A DNA stretch of 64,000 nucleotides from Eledone cirrhosa (GCA_964016885.1 OZ024741.1:121458001-121522000); one strand, 5' to 3'. Positions 27,833 to 43,282 are shown, numbered from the stretch's first letter. The notes: a model not told the origin generated them from the letters alone. Program-made: numbers and translations.

Positions 27833-28457
27833 CTGAAGAGAGAGAAGATAGAAGAGACACGAGAAGAAAAATGTTGAAAGCTTGTATAAGGACATTAAGA
27901 AAACAAAACAAGCATTTTTATTTCATGTATATGTAGTGCATATGGTTGATGATCATTGCATGAGTAAGTATCAGTGGAAAGAAGACGTCACTATGGTAGA
28001 GGTAGGCCCAGGTAGACTTAGGTAGAAATGGTGAAAGCTAGTCTCAAGATGTTGAACCTTACAAAAACAGATAAGTGGAGGCATGTTGCACTAGAGACGA
28101 CCCGTCTAACCCATACAATCATAGAAAAACGGGCGTAAAAATGACGATGGCAACAATGTGTGTGTATGAGTGTGATTAAAGCCACAAATAGATGAGTTGT
28201 TGAATTTTCAACTAAAGGGTTTATTAACCGATAGCCAAGTGTTAGCATATTTAATAGAGTAAGAATTGAAAAACTAATAAGTTAATATTTTGTATAGCGT
28301 ATGTAACGCTCTAAACCAGAGATGGCGAATTGCGGTCACTCTATGCTATGGAATGGAATATGTTTATTGATCAACATCTTGTCATTAGTACTGTGCAGTG
28401 TACTTTTGACACCAAACCACCTCAAACCGCTCATAGTTCTATGATACAAAACTGTTT

Positions 28458-28499
<42 letters not shown>

Positions 28500-28520
28500 T
28501 ATATATATATATATATATAT

Positions 28521-29130
28521 AGTGGTGGTAAGAAACTCTCAGGAGAGCTGGACAGCAGAAAGTCTTCAGAGAAGACCCCCCTCCTCAAGCAAGAGTTTCG
28601 GCCCTTAACTTCTAACACTCTAAGGAGGCCGAACCGCATTCAGGTCATGACTCTTGGGTGCTCTTCTGCTGATATTTAGCCATTTGGAAGTCGGAGACTT
28701 GCTATGTAGTTAAACAGTATGGAGATTTTGTTGAGAGGATCTAGCTGGAACTACTTTCTGTTGCTTTTGCTTTCAAACTTATATTGAAATGCTTTCTTGA
28801 ATAGGAAACATAACGCTGGTAGTCATAGTAACGGCGAGGCGTTAACATACTGTCACCAACGAATAACTCAGAGTTACTTCCCTTAGCGTGCGTTAAAATG
28901 AAAACACAATGCCTCTCACGTGGTATGGAGGTCGTCTTTTTCCTCCTCGACCAGACCCAGCTGGAATTCCTTTACGCTGCCTTTGATATTGTTTTTAAGG
29001 CGTTGGTCTTTGTCTTCCCAGAGACTGAAAGTTGTTTCATGAGATTGTAGGCTGATTTGCCCACTAAGCCTCTGGCTCAAACTTCTATGGCGAGAACTTT
29101 GTCTCGGAAGTTGGCTTCCTTCAGCCTTCC
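28521..29130 (-). mobile_element. 3' end of a Hero/NeSL-like RLE LINE
   Basis: AIEV*ARGLVGKS...ALKTISKAA*RNSSWVWSRR followed by a 3' UTR ending at (TA)n. Confidence 0.65.
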
Positions 29131-29416
29131 ATAAACATTCTATTTGAGAAAGTTTAAGTTATGTTGTAAATCCTTTCAAATTCTTGATTCTTCTAAATAT
29201 TATTTGAAAATTATAGCCAGTGTTCTTTTTTTGATAAGAAATATGGTAAAGAAACAGTTAAGATTGTTCAAGAAAAAACTTCAATTGCATCAACCTCCCA
29301 TGTTTAAAAGGGCATGCAAAGGACATAAATAGACACCAGACTAAAGCACTAACACAAAAAGAAAAAAAAAATGAAAAAAAAAAACATGTTTGATGCACTC
29401 AATTTATGTCAATAAT

Positions 29417-29601
29417 TGTTTCTACTTTAGGCACTAGGCCAGTAATTACCCAGTGCATTACTGGTACTTTATTTTATCGACCCCGTAAGGATGAAAGGCA
29501 AAGTCAACCTCGGCGGGATTTGAACTCAGATCGTAAAGGGACGTAACTATGCTGGAAAGCATGGCGTCCGACCCTCTACCGATACTGCCAATCCACCGCC
29601 C
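29417..29601 (-). mobile_element. full-length tRNA-derived SINE (family 1) with 15-bp TSD
   Basis: A box TGGCAGTATCGG, B box GAGTTCAAATCC, tail AGAAACAATTATT; TSD atttatgtcaataat at 29402-29416 and 29603-29617. Confidence 0.9.
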
Positions 29602-30038
29602 TATTTATGTCAATAATATATGTATGTAAGAACCCGTAATTCCCGATTCAGTCATATTGGCGCTGTAGTGGCACCGAATTGACATACATCGTGTCTTGAG
29701 CATTTAAAACCTGGTGGAGCCTATCCTCTCTTCAGGTTGGAACTCACCTGATTTCTACCAGAGAGAGAGAGAAAGAGAAAGACAGATATATAGAGAAGAA
29801 ATAAGAAAGAGATATATAGGAAGAATCGACTCCAATACTGGAGTGGTACATTATGAGCGACCTTGAAAGGATGAACGGCAAAGTTTAGCTCAGAGCGCAG
29901 AGAGTCGGAACGAATATCGCAAATCATTCTATCCGACGTTCTAACGACTTTGTAAATTCGCCGTCCTTTATATTAATATAGCAACAGAGCTAGCGGCTTT
30001 TAACAATATTGGAGATTAATTTATGATAGGAAACATAC

Positions 30039-30285
30039 CACAGTAGGTGCTAATATCGTCGGCTTTGATTGCAATTTCTCCATCAGGACATGTGGGGTAT
30101 GCAGTTAGATTAAGTCCAACCAAAAGAGCATTTCCACAGTCATTGCTTCTGGAAATATTTATACTTTGACCATATTTACTTATTCGCAAAAATGCAGATC
30201 TTTTAAATTCTGTCAGGCAGTTCACTTGGGCATCACTATGGAATGCTTGAGCATCGTGTATTTTCAATTTACCAGACAGGAGGAT
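30039..30285 (-). CDS. exon, linker region part 2
   Basis: ttctag|ATC CTC...TGT G|gtatgt; 247 nt, phase 0-1; ends TCPDGEIAIKADDISTYC. Confidence 0.85.
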
Positions 30286-30975
30286 CTAGAAACAAAATAA
30301 ACAAATAGTTAAATAAATAGAGTCGCAGACATGGCTGCATGATTAAACTCCTTGGGCAAGTGTATCTTAAACTATAGCCCCGTGTTGACCAATATCTTTA
30401 ATGACACTACTTTTTGCACACATTCCGCGAATCTTTTTATGTATGTTAGACCTCCATCGATTTTAACGATGATTATTCCAGTTATTCGGTCAACGGAACA
30501 AGTGCATTGGGAATTAGCGTGTGAGGGACTGAACATTCCACAGACACGTATAATGTAATGTAATTTTCAGGGAGATTGAGCGTAATAATTTGTGACAACG
30601 CTGGTATTTTGAATTACAGGTATAGACCATCCGACTGGCCTGTAAACACTTTCCGTCGATCCATTATCTCTTTCAAGACTTGGGTCAACTTGAGGTTATG
30701 GTAAATGATGCATACATGCGCATCAAAAACGTAATTCTCAGGGACATCCAACATTACACAGTGTGACAGTGTGACAAGGTTGACCTTTTCAATTATAGGT
30801 GCAGTCCACCCGACGGGCTTTTAAACAGTGTGTGAAAAGTTTTTCCCTTTGTATTACAAGTACAACTTATTTTTTGTTCTCAGCTGAGGCTGACCCCAGT
30901 TTATGGTAAATGACATTTGCCCATCATGCGAAGCGAGCTCATAAACTATGAAATATGTAATAAAATTCACGTAAC

Positions 30976-31193
30976 CTTTGATTCGTTAACTGATGACTTA
31001 AATGTGTCATTCATTATTAGAGGTTTTGGACTATCTGCAATCAGAAAACAGAGAACTTTTGAGAAATTTCGCAGGTTCTCAATTGTATATGCCATATATT
31101 GATTAGCGCATGTCGGTGTGATAGGAACACTTCTATTCGTGAGTTCATAATGCATTTCAATGTCTGCTGTGTAAAAAGTTTTCCTTCCTTTCG
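30976..31193 (-). CDS. exon, linker region part 1
   Basis: ttgcag|CG AAA...TCA AAG|gttacg; 218 nt, phase 1-0, matches the phase-0 start of the next exon. Confidence 0.8.
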
Positions 31194-31593
31194 CTGCAAA
31201 ATAGAGAAAAAGAACAAGCATAAGATTAGTGATAAAAATAATTTGGTTGCAGAGTAGTATTACTTTTTTATTTACATCAACAAAGAATAATAATTTTTAC
31301 TTTAGGCGCAAGACTAGCAAATTGGGTAAGTTGGTGGTAACTGATTAAATCGACCCCAGTACTTTATTTTATCGTCCTCGGAAGAATGAAACGCAAAACT
31401 GACCTTAGTGGTATTTGAAGAACGCAGAGCATGTTATATATATATATATATATAAAATTAGAATATTATTTCACGCACTTACATAGCGGGTTACATAAAT
31501 GCATTTATGAGTTTTATATCTTTTATATCGAATAAAATAATAATAATATTCGAAATAAAACTCATAAAAGCATTGTATATATATTGTATATAT

Positions 31594-31714
<121 letters not shown>

Positions 31715-31934
31715 ATGTGTGTGAATAAAGTAAATACGAAGAGGCGGTTCTACATTTACCTACATTAGTTTATTATACAACGTTTGTTATGTACATTTGA
31801 GAAGGGTTAGACAAAGATTACGTAAATCAACCACATCATCATAAGACAGTTAAATAGTAATGTATATATACCGACTATGTGACATAAGATGTATGTATGA
31901 TATGTGTGTATATATGTGTATATATACAATATAT

Positions 31935-31972
<38 letters not shown>

Positions 31973-32551
31973 TGTATATATAGTATATATACATTAGTAT
32001 ATATAGTATATATTTGGCAATATACTGTATGCTTAATTAAAAACATTTTGAAGACCTTACCCTATTGTTTTAAAGTAGTGACTATGTCACTTCTTTTTTC
32101 AACAAACAAAGAGAGATAAGCTGACAGATCTCTGTTTCATACTGTTGGTAATCATCAGAGCTTAGCACTCGCCTTTGTCTGTTGAATATATATATATACA
32201 ATATATATACAATATATACACAATATATATATATATATACAATATATATACAATGCATTTATGAGTTTTATTTCGAATATTATTATTATTTTATTCGATA
32301 TAAAACTCATAAATGCATTTACGTCACCCGCTATGTAAGTGCGTGAAATAAAATTCTAATTTTATATATATATATATATAGGAACGAGTAGGACCCCAAC
32401 GGCTGAGCTCAAGCCGTTTCGACTTAGCCGTCGAAACGGCTTGAGCTCAGCCGTCGGGGTCCTACTCGTTCCTATTACCCACTCTACTACCCTAAGTATT
32501 GAGTACTTTGGTGCGTTATGGTCCACCTGGTTCCTTACCACATTTCCTTCG

Positions 32552-32661
<110 letters not shown>

Positions 32662-32730
32662 TATGAAGAGAGAAGAAACATTTAGATATAATTAGTAATA
32701 AAATGTATCATACCTAAACTGCTCCTAAAT

Positions 32731-32820
32731 TCCTCGACTACGTAGTTTCGTGGCATAAACAAAAACAATATATCATAAAGATATAGAGTCCTTGCGAGGT
32801 CTGCCGACTTATCAAGAGGA
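32731..32820 (-). ncRNA. hammerhead motif, U3-A8 variant (inverted copy)
   Basis: reverse complement of 33226-33315. Confidence 0.75.
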
Positions 32821-33225
32821 TACCTCATTTTACTAGTCTCAAGAACGCGTCTACACGACGTGAGAAAGAATCCCAAAAGGCGGAGGGGGAGATAGTCACG
32901 CGATACAACGGTCAAGAAACAGAGCTAAGCCTCTTGTATCTGTGTGTTTCTAAATATATTGTTAATAACTCCCTCTGGTCGAGCAATCTTTGAAGTGTGG
33001 GGACAGCTGGAAAGCTTCCATTACTCATACTTCTCGCCTTCTTCACCACCTCTTCTACGGCCTCGATATAAATACCCCCTCCGCCTCCGTGGTATTTTCT
33101 TCAGGGTTATAAGAGGCTTAGCTCTGTTTCTTGACCGTTGTATCGCGTGACTATCTCCCCCTCCGCCTTTTGGGATTCTTTCTCACGTCGTGTAGACGCG
33201 TTCTTGAGACTAGTAAAATGAGGTA

Positions 33226-33315
33226 TCCTCTTGATAAGTCGGCAGACCTCGCAAGGACTCTATATCTTTATGATATATTGTTTTTGTTTATGCCACGAAA
33301 CTACGTAGTCGAGGA
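33226..33315 (+). ncRNA. hammerhead motif, U3-A8 core variant with extended stem II
   Basis: UCCUC-UUGAUAA-GU(C)GGCA...UGCCAC-GAAA-CUACGUAG-UC-GAGGA. Confidence 0.75.
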
Positions 33316-33552
33316 ATTTAGGAGCAGTTTAGGTATGATACATTTTATTACTAATTATATCTAAATGTTTCTTCTCTCTTCATAATGTATTTTTAACTCT
33401 GATACTGGTTCAGTCTGGTTCAACTGAATTGGTCTGTCCCAGTCATTCATTGAGCAACATCGGTGAAGTTGGCACCCTTAACTCACAGTTGGGTGCGGAT
33501 GCATTCATGTATATATGTGTGTCCCCGCATGTATCTGTGTGTTTCTAAATAT

Positions 33553-33663
<111 letters not shown>

Positions 33664-34831
33664 ATTCTAACGTCCAGTTACTGTATGTTCACCGGAATGA
33701 GGACTCGGTGCATAGTTTCCACTAAGTGTATATATATAAGTTTAACAGATGTTTATTTTCGTTGAAACATCAATTTAATAAACGTTACCGGTAAAGTTAT
33801 TGTATAGTATAAATAATGTTTCATACACTTAATATGTATGTGCGACCATTGGTTTCAGGGTCCCGTTATAGTCATCACTATATAGTAGATGAGGCTCTTC
33901 CAAACTGGCCCCTCATCGGTATAGTTGCTCTAGGGTGGTACCAATATGAGAACTCGATGCATAGGCAGAATGTATGTAGCAAGAAAAAAAACAATGATGT
34001 TTCATTTACAAATATTTATGTTTTTATTGAATATCGACTGTTACATTGGTCTCGCAGATGTTTGGCGAAACGTGTGACAGGTCGCTACTCAATAAAAACC
34101 TGAATACATCTAAACGAAACTTCAACGTGTTTTTCTTTATATATATATATATATATATAATATATATGGTGTGGCAAAAATATCTCCCAGATTTTAAAGG
34201 TTGAACGTATAAAATATGGGACGTTTTTCTGCTGCACCTTGTATAAAATATTTATATTCCTACAATCGCACATACATACCTATTTGCGTATATACATCTG
34301 GCTGTAAAAATAAATTATTTATTTTCATATTACTACTGATGTGAAGCCATGTAATTCCATTACACATTTCTTTGATTTAAACAATGATTTAAAGAAGAGA
34401 AAGAAGAGAAACAGCAGGAACATAGAAAAATGTTACCCCTGAAAAACACCAGGTAAATGTGAAAATGGAATAGGTCTCGGCGACGAGTTATCCAGTCAGT
34501 CCCGATCATCAAATTAGACTGTAAGTTGCTGAGGATTTCACAAACACGTGTATCCTATTAGCGTAATTCTCAGCGAGATTCAATGTGAAACAGAGTGTCA
34601 AAGTTGGCTCTTTTACTTTAGCTACTAAAATTTATTCAGCTATTATACTTATTTCTGTGGGGTCGATGATAAGGTGATGTAATTTCCAATAACCGTCAGC
34701 CCGTCGGTGAGTGGAAAGCACACATAACCATCGACCCCAGAGAAATATGTACAGTAGCAGAATAAATTTATGCTCAACTTCATATGGTCTTCGATAACAT
34801 TTATCTCTTAATGCTATATATTGAAACTTAC

Positions 34832-35032
34832 CTGCACAGGCTGAGTGAGTAAGTTTTCCTTCCCAGTTGGAACCAGGTGTACATGAGATTGTTTCGGTAT
34901 CAATTAAAGTTTGGTTAGGAAATAAGTAGCCATCGTTACAGGTGTATTCACACTTCACGGATTGGTTTGAGGTTGTACATGTTTTTTTTGCAAATTCAAC
35001 GTTTGGGGAAGAAAGTTCTGAACAATTTTCCG
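34832..35032 (-). CDS. exon, Sushi/CCP domain
   Basis: ttgcag|CG GAA AAT TGT...GCA G|gtaagt; 201 nt; CEYTCNDGYLF...SCTPGSNWEG..HSACA. Confidence 0.9.
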
Positions 35033-35313
35033 CTGCAAAAATGAAAATTCAATAAACAAATCAATCAAAAAATCAATTAATAAATCATTATATATGTACG
35101 CGCGCACACACACACACATACACGCGCGCACACACACACACGCGCACAAACACACACATATATATGTAATGTATTGGTGCTTAACTTTTAGTTACTATTG
35201 GTTCACCAGTTTGAGCACTTAATGCCAATATAGGTCTGATTGCCCGTGTGGTATTCCTCGTTTGGTATTACACCGTAGTCAATATCCTTAAAAAACAGGG
35301 TGTTAATAATAAT

Positions 35314-35501
35314 TGTTTCGACTTTTGGCACAAGGCCAGCAATTACCCCATTGTATTACTGGTACTTTATTTTACGACCCCATAAAAAATGAAAGGCAAA
35401 GTTAACCTCGGCGGGATTTGAACTCAGACCATAAAGGGTCGTAACTCTTTGCTGCAAAGCATGGCGTCCGACTCTCTACCGATACTGCCAATCCACCGCC
35501 C
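35314..35501 (-). mobile_element. SINE family 1, full length
   Basis: identity to the 29417 copy; flanked by AAT repeats. Confidence 0.88.
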
Positions 35502-35810
35502 TGATAATTATAATAATGAGTAGGAACGAGGTATCAGTATAGCATCATTAAGTTTATTCACATGGGACTCGCGTTTCGCGATCGATCATCTAATGGTACG
35601 ATCAGTATCGATCGTGCAGGAATCGATAGCTTATCGGACTTGTGGATTCCTTAAATGCGTGTCATATGTGAATAAACACAATGATGCCACATTGAGACTT
35701 CGTTCCTGCTGTTCCTTATAGAGTAAACCATCAGTAATGCACTGGGGTCGATTTAATTGACTTTTCCCTCCCCTTCAAATCGTTTGCCTTGTGCCTAAAG
35801 TAGGAACAAT

Positions 35811-36147
35811 TATTATTATTCGTAAATCTTTTGTTATGGTAGATGTTATACCAACACTAGCGAGCCATAGCCAATCAATAGCCAATCAATTGGGCCATTC
35901 CTTCATCAACTTTCCAACACTCTTCTTAAAATTCTTGTTGTTCCCAGCAAGGCAGTGTTTTGCAACAATCCTGTCCTGATGGTAATTCCTAGCTTCTTAA
36001 GCCATGTATCCAACCTTCTACTAACTGCTTCCTGTGAGTCAACTACAATTGGTACCACTTCTAGCTGTCTGATTCTCTACAGTTTCCTGATTTCTCTCTT
36101 CAGCTCCTGGTATTTCACAACTTTCTGACTTTCCTTCTCATTCACTC
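35811..36147 (-). mobile_element. Dong/R4 3' fragment
   Basis: EKESQKVVKYQELKREI..VVPIVV..LQNTALLGTTRILRRVL*; AAT tail. Confidence 0.8.
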
Positions 36148-36185
36148 TGTGGCGCCGCGCTGAAGCAAATTATTAATATTATTCT

Positions 36186-36294
<109 letters not shown>

Positions 36295-37003
36295 CACATA
36301 ACGAGAATAGCCGAAGTTACAGCTGCAGGTGTTCATCGAATTATAAGATGCAGTCACAAAAGCACTCAATGATGTGAGAAATTGATACATTTTCACCCAG
36401 AGTGAATGAAGTGTGACACCAAGAATAAGGCGACGAAAAGCATGTTGCCACAATAATACAACACCATCGATATATACAAACAGGTCGAATATTAACCTGG
36501 ATCGTCTCTACAAGGCATGAATCGATAAAAATCGATAAAAATCGATAAAAATCGATAAAAGCGATAAAAATCTTTGATAGGTTTTTTGAATTTTGGAGAA
36601 ATACATTCCAAGTTGCAAAGGGATGTGCATATATATATATACAAAACTACTACCTCTGTCAGCCAACTAACAGAGAACGAAGGACAACCACAGACAGAGA
36701 TATGAACTCTCCTCTCTAAATATGTATGTAAAAACTAATCATTTTTCTTCTCCTTTTTATAATTCGTATGAATATGCAACATAACTACATTATGCACATC
36801 CTCAATTGAAAAAGCATATAATGCTGAAACCGGTACCATTATTAAATGCGGAAATACCCACTTTATAAATAAATGTTTTGATATTATACTGAATGAATCT
36901 CTCCAGCATTTTCTACTGAAAAGTTTTTCCTTTTTACTATTTGTTTATATATATATACATATATATATGTCTATTCCGGGTTATTAATATTTAATATAGA
37001 ATT

Positions 37004-37054
37004 GGCTTCTACAGGACTAGAGCTGTTTCATTCGCGAGAAATCATCAGGAAGCC
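37004..37054 (-). ncRNA. type-I hammerhead ribozyme motif
   Basis: GGCUUC-CUGAUGA-UUUC(UCGC)GAAU-GAAA-CAG(CUCUAGUC)CUG-UA-GAAGCC. Confidence 0.85.
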
Positions 37055-37159
37055 CTGATGATTTTTCCCTAATGAAACATTTCTAGTCCCGGTGAAGCCA
37101 TTTCTATATTATATATATATATACTATACGCACACACACACACACATATATATATATAC

Positions 37160-37250
<91 letters not shown>

Positions 37251-37264
37251 CAAGGTGTACTTAC

Positions 37265-37519
37265 CTTGAACAAATACTTGAAATGAGCAGCTGAACTCCG
37301 TGTTTCCATGTGAGACAACAACTTCTATTTTAATTAATTGTCCCACTAAAGTAGAATTTATTTCAATGTTTGGTGGCTGAAACCTGACAGAGTAATTTTT
37401 GTTCCTGCTGCCACGGATTTCAATAAAACTTTCATTAAATGTGATGGATCTTGAATCCGTGGTGTTTTGAATGGCGACAATCTGATTTGTAAAACAAGAC
37501 ACTTCCAATGGGATATACT
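37265..37519 (-). CDS. exon, second divergent HYR-like domain
   Basis: ttctag|AG TAT...CAA G|gtaagt; 255 nt, phase 1-1; ends [15 protein letters not shown] as HYR repeats do. Confidence 0.85.
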
Positions 37520-38281
37520 CTAGAAATAAAAAATGCAAAATACGCTATTGTTAAGGAATTTTCATGTGAAAAAATAAGACAAAAAAAAAAAAGCCTCAAC
37601 TCATGATGGAATTGTACAGGCACAGACCGGATGCTGCGTGTTCGTACGTAAAATAAGTGAAGGATATTCCATGATATGATGTGAGGAAAACCAGGTCGGC
37701 AGAAGAGACATTATTTAGAGAATATCCAGGAAATGTTAGGCTGCTGGGACTGGGGGATATCAACAATCTGGCTGAGGATCCTCTTCAAGGGTGGGGAAAT
37801 AAACTATAGTCATCTGTGGAGTAACTGAAAGATCATGATGTGATAGCTTAGACATTGTTGGTATCTAAAAGAGTCACTTGATTTTTAAATACACCAGATA
37901 AAGACAAAGTCTTCACTAATACTCCAACGGCTCCGTGGGCCATGAAACTCACATTAAAATGTATCAAACACGAATATTGACACTCCTACACCAGTTCACT
38001 AGTTTGAGATGTACCATCCCTTGTGCCTTTAACACCTAAGGTAGTCCTAGTGGCTCTGACATGAGGCCAGCATGTTTTGAGCATTTTAAACCTAGGCGGA
38101 GCCGATTTATCTCCAAGTTTGAAGACAGCCGCTTTCTTCCAGAGAAGGGTAAATATTTGGTCGGGTGTGCTATGTCTGAGGTGAATACCATACTGTTTGT
38201 CAGCCAGCTTGGACACGGCAATACATCTACACCTCTTTGCTAGACACGTAGCATAGACTTTACCGAGGAGGCTTAAGAAGG

Positions 38282-38328
<47 letters not shown>

Positions 38329-38466
38329 GTAGAACACTGGAAAGTAATATCCGTAGTGGTAGAGCACTCAGTCCATGGGACGAATTTGGTGGAAGTAGTA
38401 AGTAGTAACACAACAGTTAGTTCACCATACCGAGAACAATTGTTTCACTTTATGCGGATCTTCAGT

Positions 38467-38507
38467 CCGAGCTGAAGATCCGCATAAGGTGAAACAATTG
38501 TTCTCGG
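38467..38507 (+). ncRNA. minimal type-I hammerhead ribozyme motif
   Basis: CCGAG-CUGAAGA-UCC(GCAUAA)GGU-GAAA-CAAUUG-UU-CUCGG. Confidence 0.8.
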
Positions 38508-38716
38508 TATGGTGAACTAACTGTTGTGTTACTACTTCTATATATATATATATAACTCCTGATAGAGTCGTAAGGGCGCTGTACTGAGAACGGCATTTCT
38601 TGGGTATTTTAAGCCTGGCGGTGCCCATCCCTCTCCAGGCCTGAGTGTAGCAGATTTCTTCCAGAGAGAGGAAAAATCGACCCCAGTACAGTACTAGACT
38701 GGTACTTTTTTTTTCG

Positions 38717-38807
<91 letters not shown>

Positions 38808-38814
38808 CACACGC

Positions 38815-41270
38815 TCGTGTAATGGAGAGGTTGTATGCTTTCCAACAGACAAGTCTGGTAGAATGTCTGTTGACAGTCTGTCAAACTACATCCAGGCAAT
38901 GCAACCCCACATCACTAACACAAGAGAAGTAACACTACAAGAGCATGAGGATAGGGAGAAAACCCTCAATACCCATATGTTGATGTGGACAAACATAATG
39001 CAGCCCAATAAAAGGACTGCCAACAACTTCCAGGCCTGGAACACTGACGTGCCAGCGTTGTATGGGCTTCGAAAAGACCATAAAACGAGCAGTGACCTTG
39101 TCAGAGGACCACCAACACGGCCAGTCTGTGGAGCTAACATTGCTAGTAACTACAGACTTTCCTACTTCCTCTCCCTGATCATACGCCCCATCATTGAAAC
39201 GTCCCCAGATATATGTGACAGCACGGAGGACCTCAGTTATTTTCGCAGTTATTTTCGCAGAATCAGCGAAAATAACCGATCTAGAGACATAACAGACTGT
39301 ATAATAGGTAGTATGGATGTTGTGTCCCTATATCCACCCATTGACGTGGATTTTGCTGTGGAGAAATACGTAGAAATGATCAGTGAGAGCAATGTTGAAT
39401 TCCGTGGGATTGATACCAGGTTGCTGGGACTCCTACTTAAACTTACCTATAGTAATGATTATCTAGATACATATGACCTTAGCAATCTGTGCCCTACAAG
39501 ACCAGCAAGAGGCAGACCACCTACCATTACCTCAATGACCAAGAAGACCCACACAGAAAGATGGAACGGATGGACCAGAGCCACACGGACCCCGAAAACC
39601 ACGATGAACTAAAGAAAATGATTGCACATGCGGTGGGGGCCAGTATAAAATTAACCCTTAAGGAACATATGTTCAAATTTAATGGAAAAACATATGCCCA
39701 AGAGGAGGGAGCAGCCATTGGTGTTAGCATTGCAGGTGACATAGCTAACCTATTCATGGTATGGTGGGACAATAGACTTAAACTTAAAGAACAATTAGAA
39801 GACAGCAACCTCTTAACCCTGATAATGTACTCCCGCTACGTTGATGATATAAACATCGTAGTAAAAACACCCCCACTAGAGAACAGTCAGGAATCAGAGA
39901 AAAACACCATGGAAAGCATCCAGCAAATAGCTAACTCCATCCACCAGAGTATTAGAGTTACTATAGACTACCCAAGCAAACACCCAACCATCGATTACCT
40001 GTACTAGACACAGAGCTCTGGTTAGAGACCATTAATAACAAAAAACAAATCCTCCATTCCCATTATGCCAAACCCATGACTTCCAAATATCTGATCCACC
40101 GAAACTCAGCTGTTTCGGATCACACCAAAATCAACATACTGATTGCGGATTTGGTACGGGTGATGAGAAACGTGTCCCGCATGTGCAACCCCAAAGAACT
40201 AGAGACACACATACAACACTTCATTCACCGTATGCAGTTCTCTGGTTACAATCAGAGAGATAAAATCAGAGTATATAGAGGAGCCAGAACCAAATGGGAA
40301 AAAATGGTAAATAATGATACAAATGGGACCTGCCCCTTGTATAGGAGCACATTTTGGAATAGAATAGAAAGAACTAGGAATAAGCTTAATAGAATAAACT
40401 CATGGTATGATAGCAATAAATACCAGAGTGTAATGTTCATCAATACAACCCCTAGAGGTGAATTAGTTTACAAATTTAGAAGGGCCCTAGATAAACATAA
40501 ACTTAATGTTAAGATAGTAGAAAGACCAGGGACCTCCATAAAAACACTTATTAGCAATACATACCCTTTTCAAAGACCTCCCTGTATAGATAAGAAATGC
40601 ATAATCTGTAAACTAAGCCCCCATATTAACTGTAAAACTAGAAATGTAGTAAATAGTATAAGATGTACTGAAGGACAATGTAAAGATAAGAATATAGTGT
40701 ACATAGGTGAGACAGCTCGTAGTATAGGAGAACGGTTAAATGAACACTGGCGAGAACTTCAAGATAAAAAAGAATCATCAATACTCCACCAACATGCTAA
40801 AATAGAACATAAGGGCAAATTAGAGAACATAGAAATAAAAATAGATCTACACACAGAAAAGACGCAATGTTTAGACAAATCACAGAGGCAATAAACATAA
40901 ATGAACTCCAACCAAAATTAAATAGAAAACATGAATGGAATAACAACATCACAACTAACAATTAAGGACAAAATGAAAACACACACAAATAGAACAAACA
41001 ACTAACTAGTAACATATAAATAAACAAATAAATAAACAAATAAAAACACACACAGACACCCGGATGTAACACATGCTCAAACTAAGCACACAACACACAC
41101 AAAAACAAGATGGCGTAGGACAGAACAAAGGAGAGGCACAAAACAAAGAAAATAATCCCCAGTAACTGAAGAGGTCACAGAATGTGTGACGAAAGAGCTT
41201 TGACAATATATGAACAAGCGTCCGGTTGTGGAACCAACCAACCGGAAATTTATAAATTTATAATTTAATT
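38815..41270 (+). mobile_element. Penelope-like element, 5'-truncated and frameshifted, with 3' HHR
   Basis: LYGLRKDHK, SMDVVSLYP, GAAIG, RYVDD, CxxxxCxxC linker, GIY-YIG YIGETARS..ERLNEH. Confidence 0.9.
41162..41204 (+). ncRNA. hammerhead motif in the 3' UTR/pLTR of a Penelope element
   Basis: GUAA-CUGAAGA-G-GUCACA(GAAUG)UGUGAC-GAAA-GAGC-UU-UGAC; stem I imperfect. Confidence 0.7.
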
Positions 41271-41399
41271 TATAATAAATTGAAGTGAAAGCAACTGGTG
41301 CGTGTGTTTCTTATTGGCAACATGCTTCTCCCAAAGTATAACAATATCGGTTTCAACACACGTTTTCAGATAAAGAATCTTGCTAAACAAATTCAGAAA

Positions 41400-41441
<42 letters not shown>

Positions 41442-41528
41442 TTTCTGAATTTGGTATATATATATGTACCAAGGCTCTGATACCATCAACACTATAAACA
41501 CAGAGCTGGCATATCTAAGAACTGACTA

Positions 41529-41584
41529 ACTGCCTGATGAGGTCATAGCCATTCAATGGCTATCATCGAAATATATATAGCAGT
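41529..41584 (+). ncRNA. type-I hammerhead ribozyme motif, family C
   Basis: same architecture as the 16791 copy. Confidence 0.85.
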
Positions 41585-41624
41585 AAATAAGGATTATGAG
41601 TTCATGCAATTGACTTATGTTTCG

Positions 41625-42587
<963 letters not shown>

Positions 42588-42592
42588 GATTA

Positions 42593-42662
<70 letters not shown>

Positions 42663-42703
42663 CGAAACACAAGTCAATTGCATGAACTCATAATCCTTTA
42701 TTT

Positions 42704-42759
42704 ACTGCTATATATATTTCGATGATAGCCATTGAATGGCTATGACCTCATCAGGCAGT
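42704..42759 (-). ncRNA. type-I hammerhead ribozyme motif, family C
   Basis: same architecture as the 16791 copy. Confidence 0.85.
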
Positions 42760-42818
42760 TAGTCAGTTCTTAGATATGCCAGCTCTGTGTTTATAGTGTT
42801 GATGGTATCAGAGCCTTG

Positions 42819-42884
<66 letters not shown>

Positions 42885-42908
42885 AGTATTGATGGTATCA
42901 GAGCCTTG

Positions 42909-42946
<38 letters not shown>

Positions 42947-43063
42947 CAAGGCTCTGATACCATCAATACTATACATATATATATATATATATATATATAT
43001 GTCCCAAGGCTCTGATACCATCAATACTATACACACAGAGCTGGCATATCTAAGAACTGACTA

Positions 43064-43119
43064 ACTGCCTGATGAGGTCATAGCCATTCAATGGCTATCA
43101 TCGAAATATATATAGCAGT
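43064..43119 (+). ncRNA. type-I hammerhead ribozyme motif, family C
   Basis: same architecture as the 16791 copy. Confidence 0.85.
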
Positions 43120-43160
43120 AAATAAAGGATTATGAGTTCATGCAATTGACTTGTGTTTCG

Positions 43161-43224
<64 letters not shown>

Positions 43225-43282
43225 CTCAGGAGAAACAATTGTTCTCGGTATGGTGAACTAACTGTTGTGTAACCACTTCTAA

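Noticed and set aside
28555-28606. GAAAC...GUC...CUGAAGA on the minus strand, a possible type-II hammerhead in the Hero-like 3' UTR
   Set aside because: Only 4 nt between GUC and the core, so stem I cannot form, and stem II pairs poorly
32682-33364. Duplicated 77-aa ORF as a gene pair
   Set aside because: A by-product of the inverted repeat, with a TTG start, overlapping the ribozyme motif
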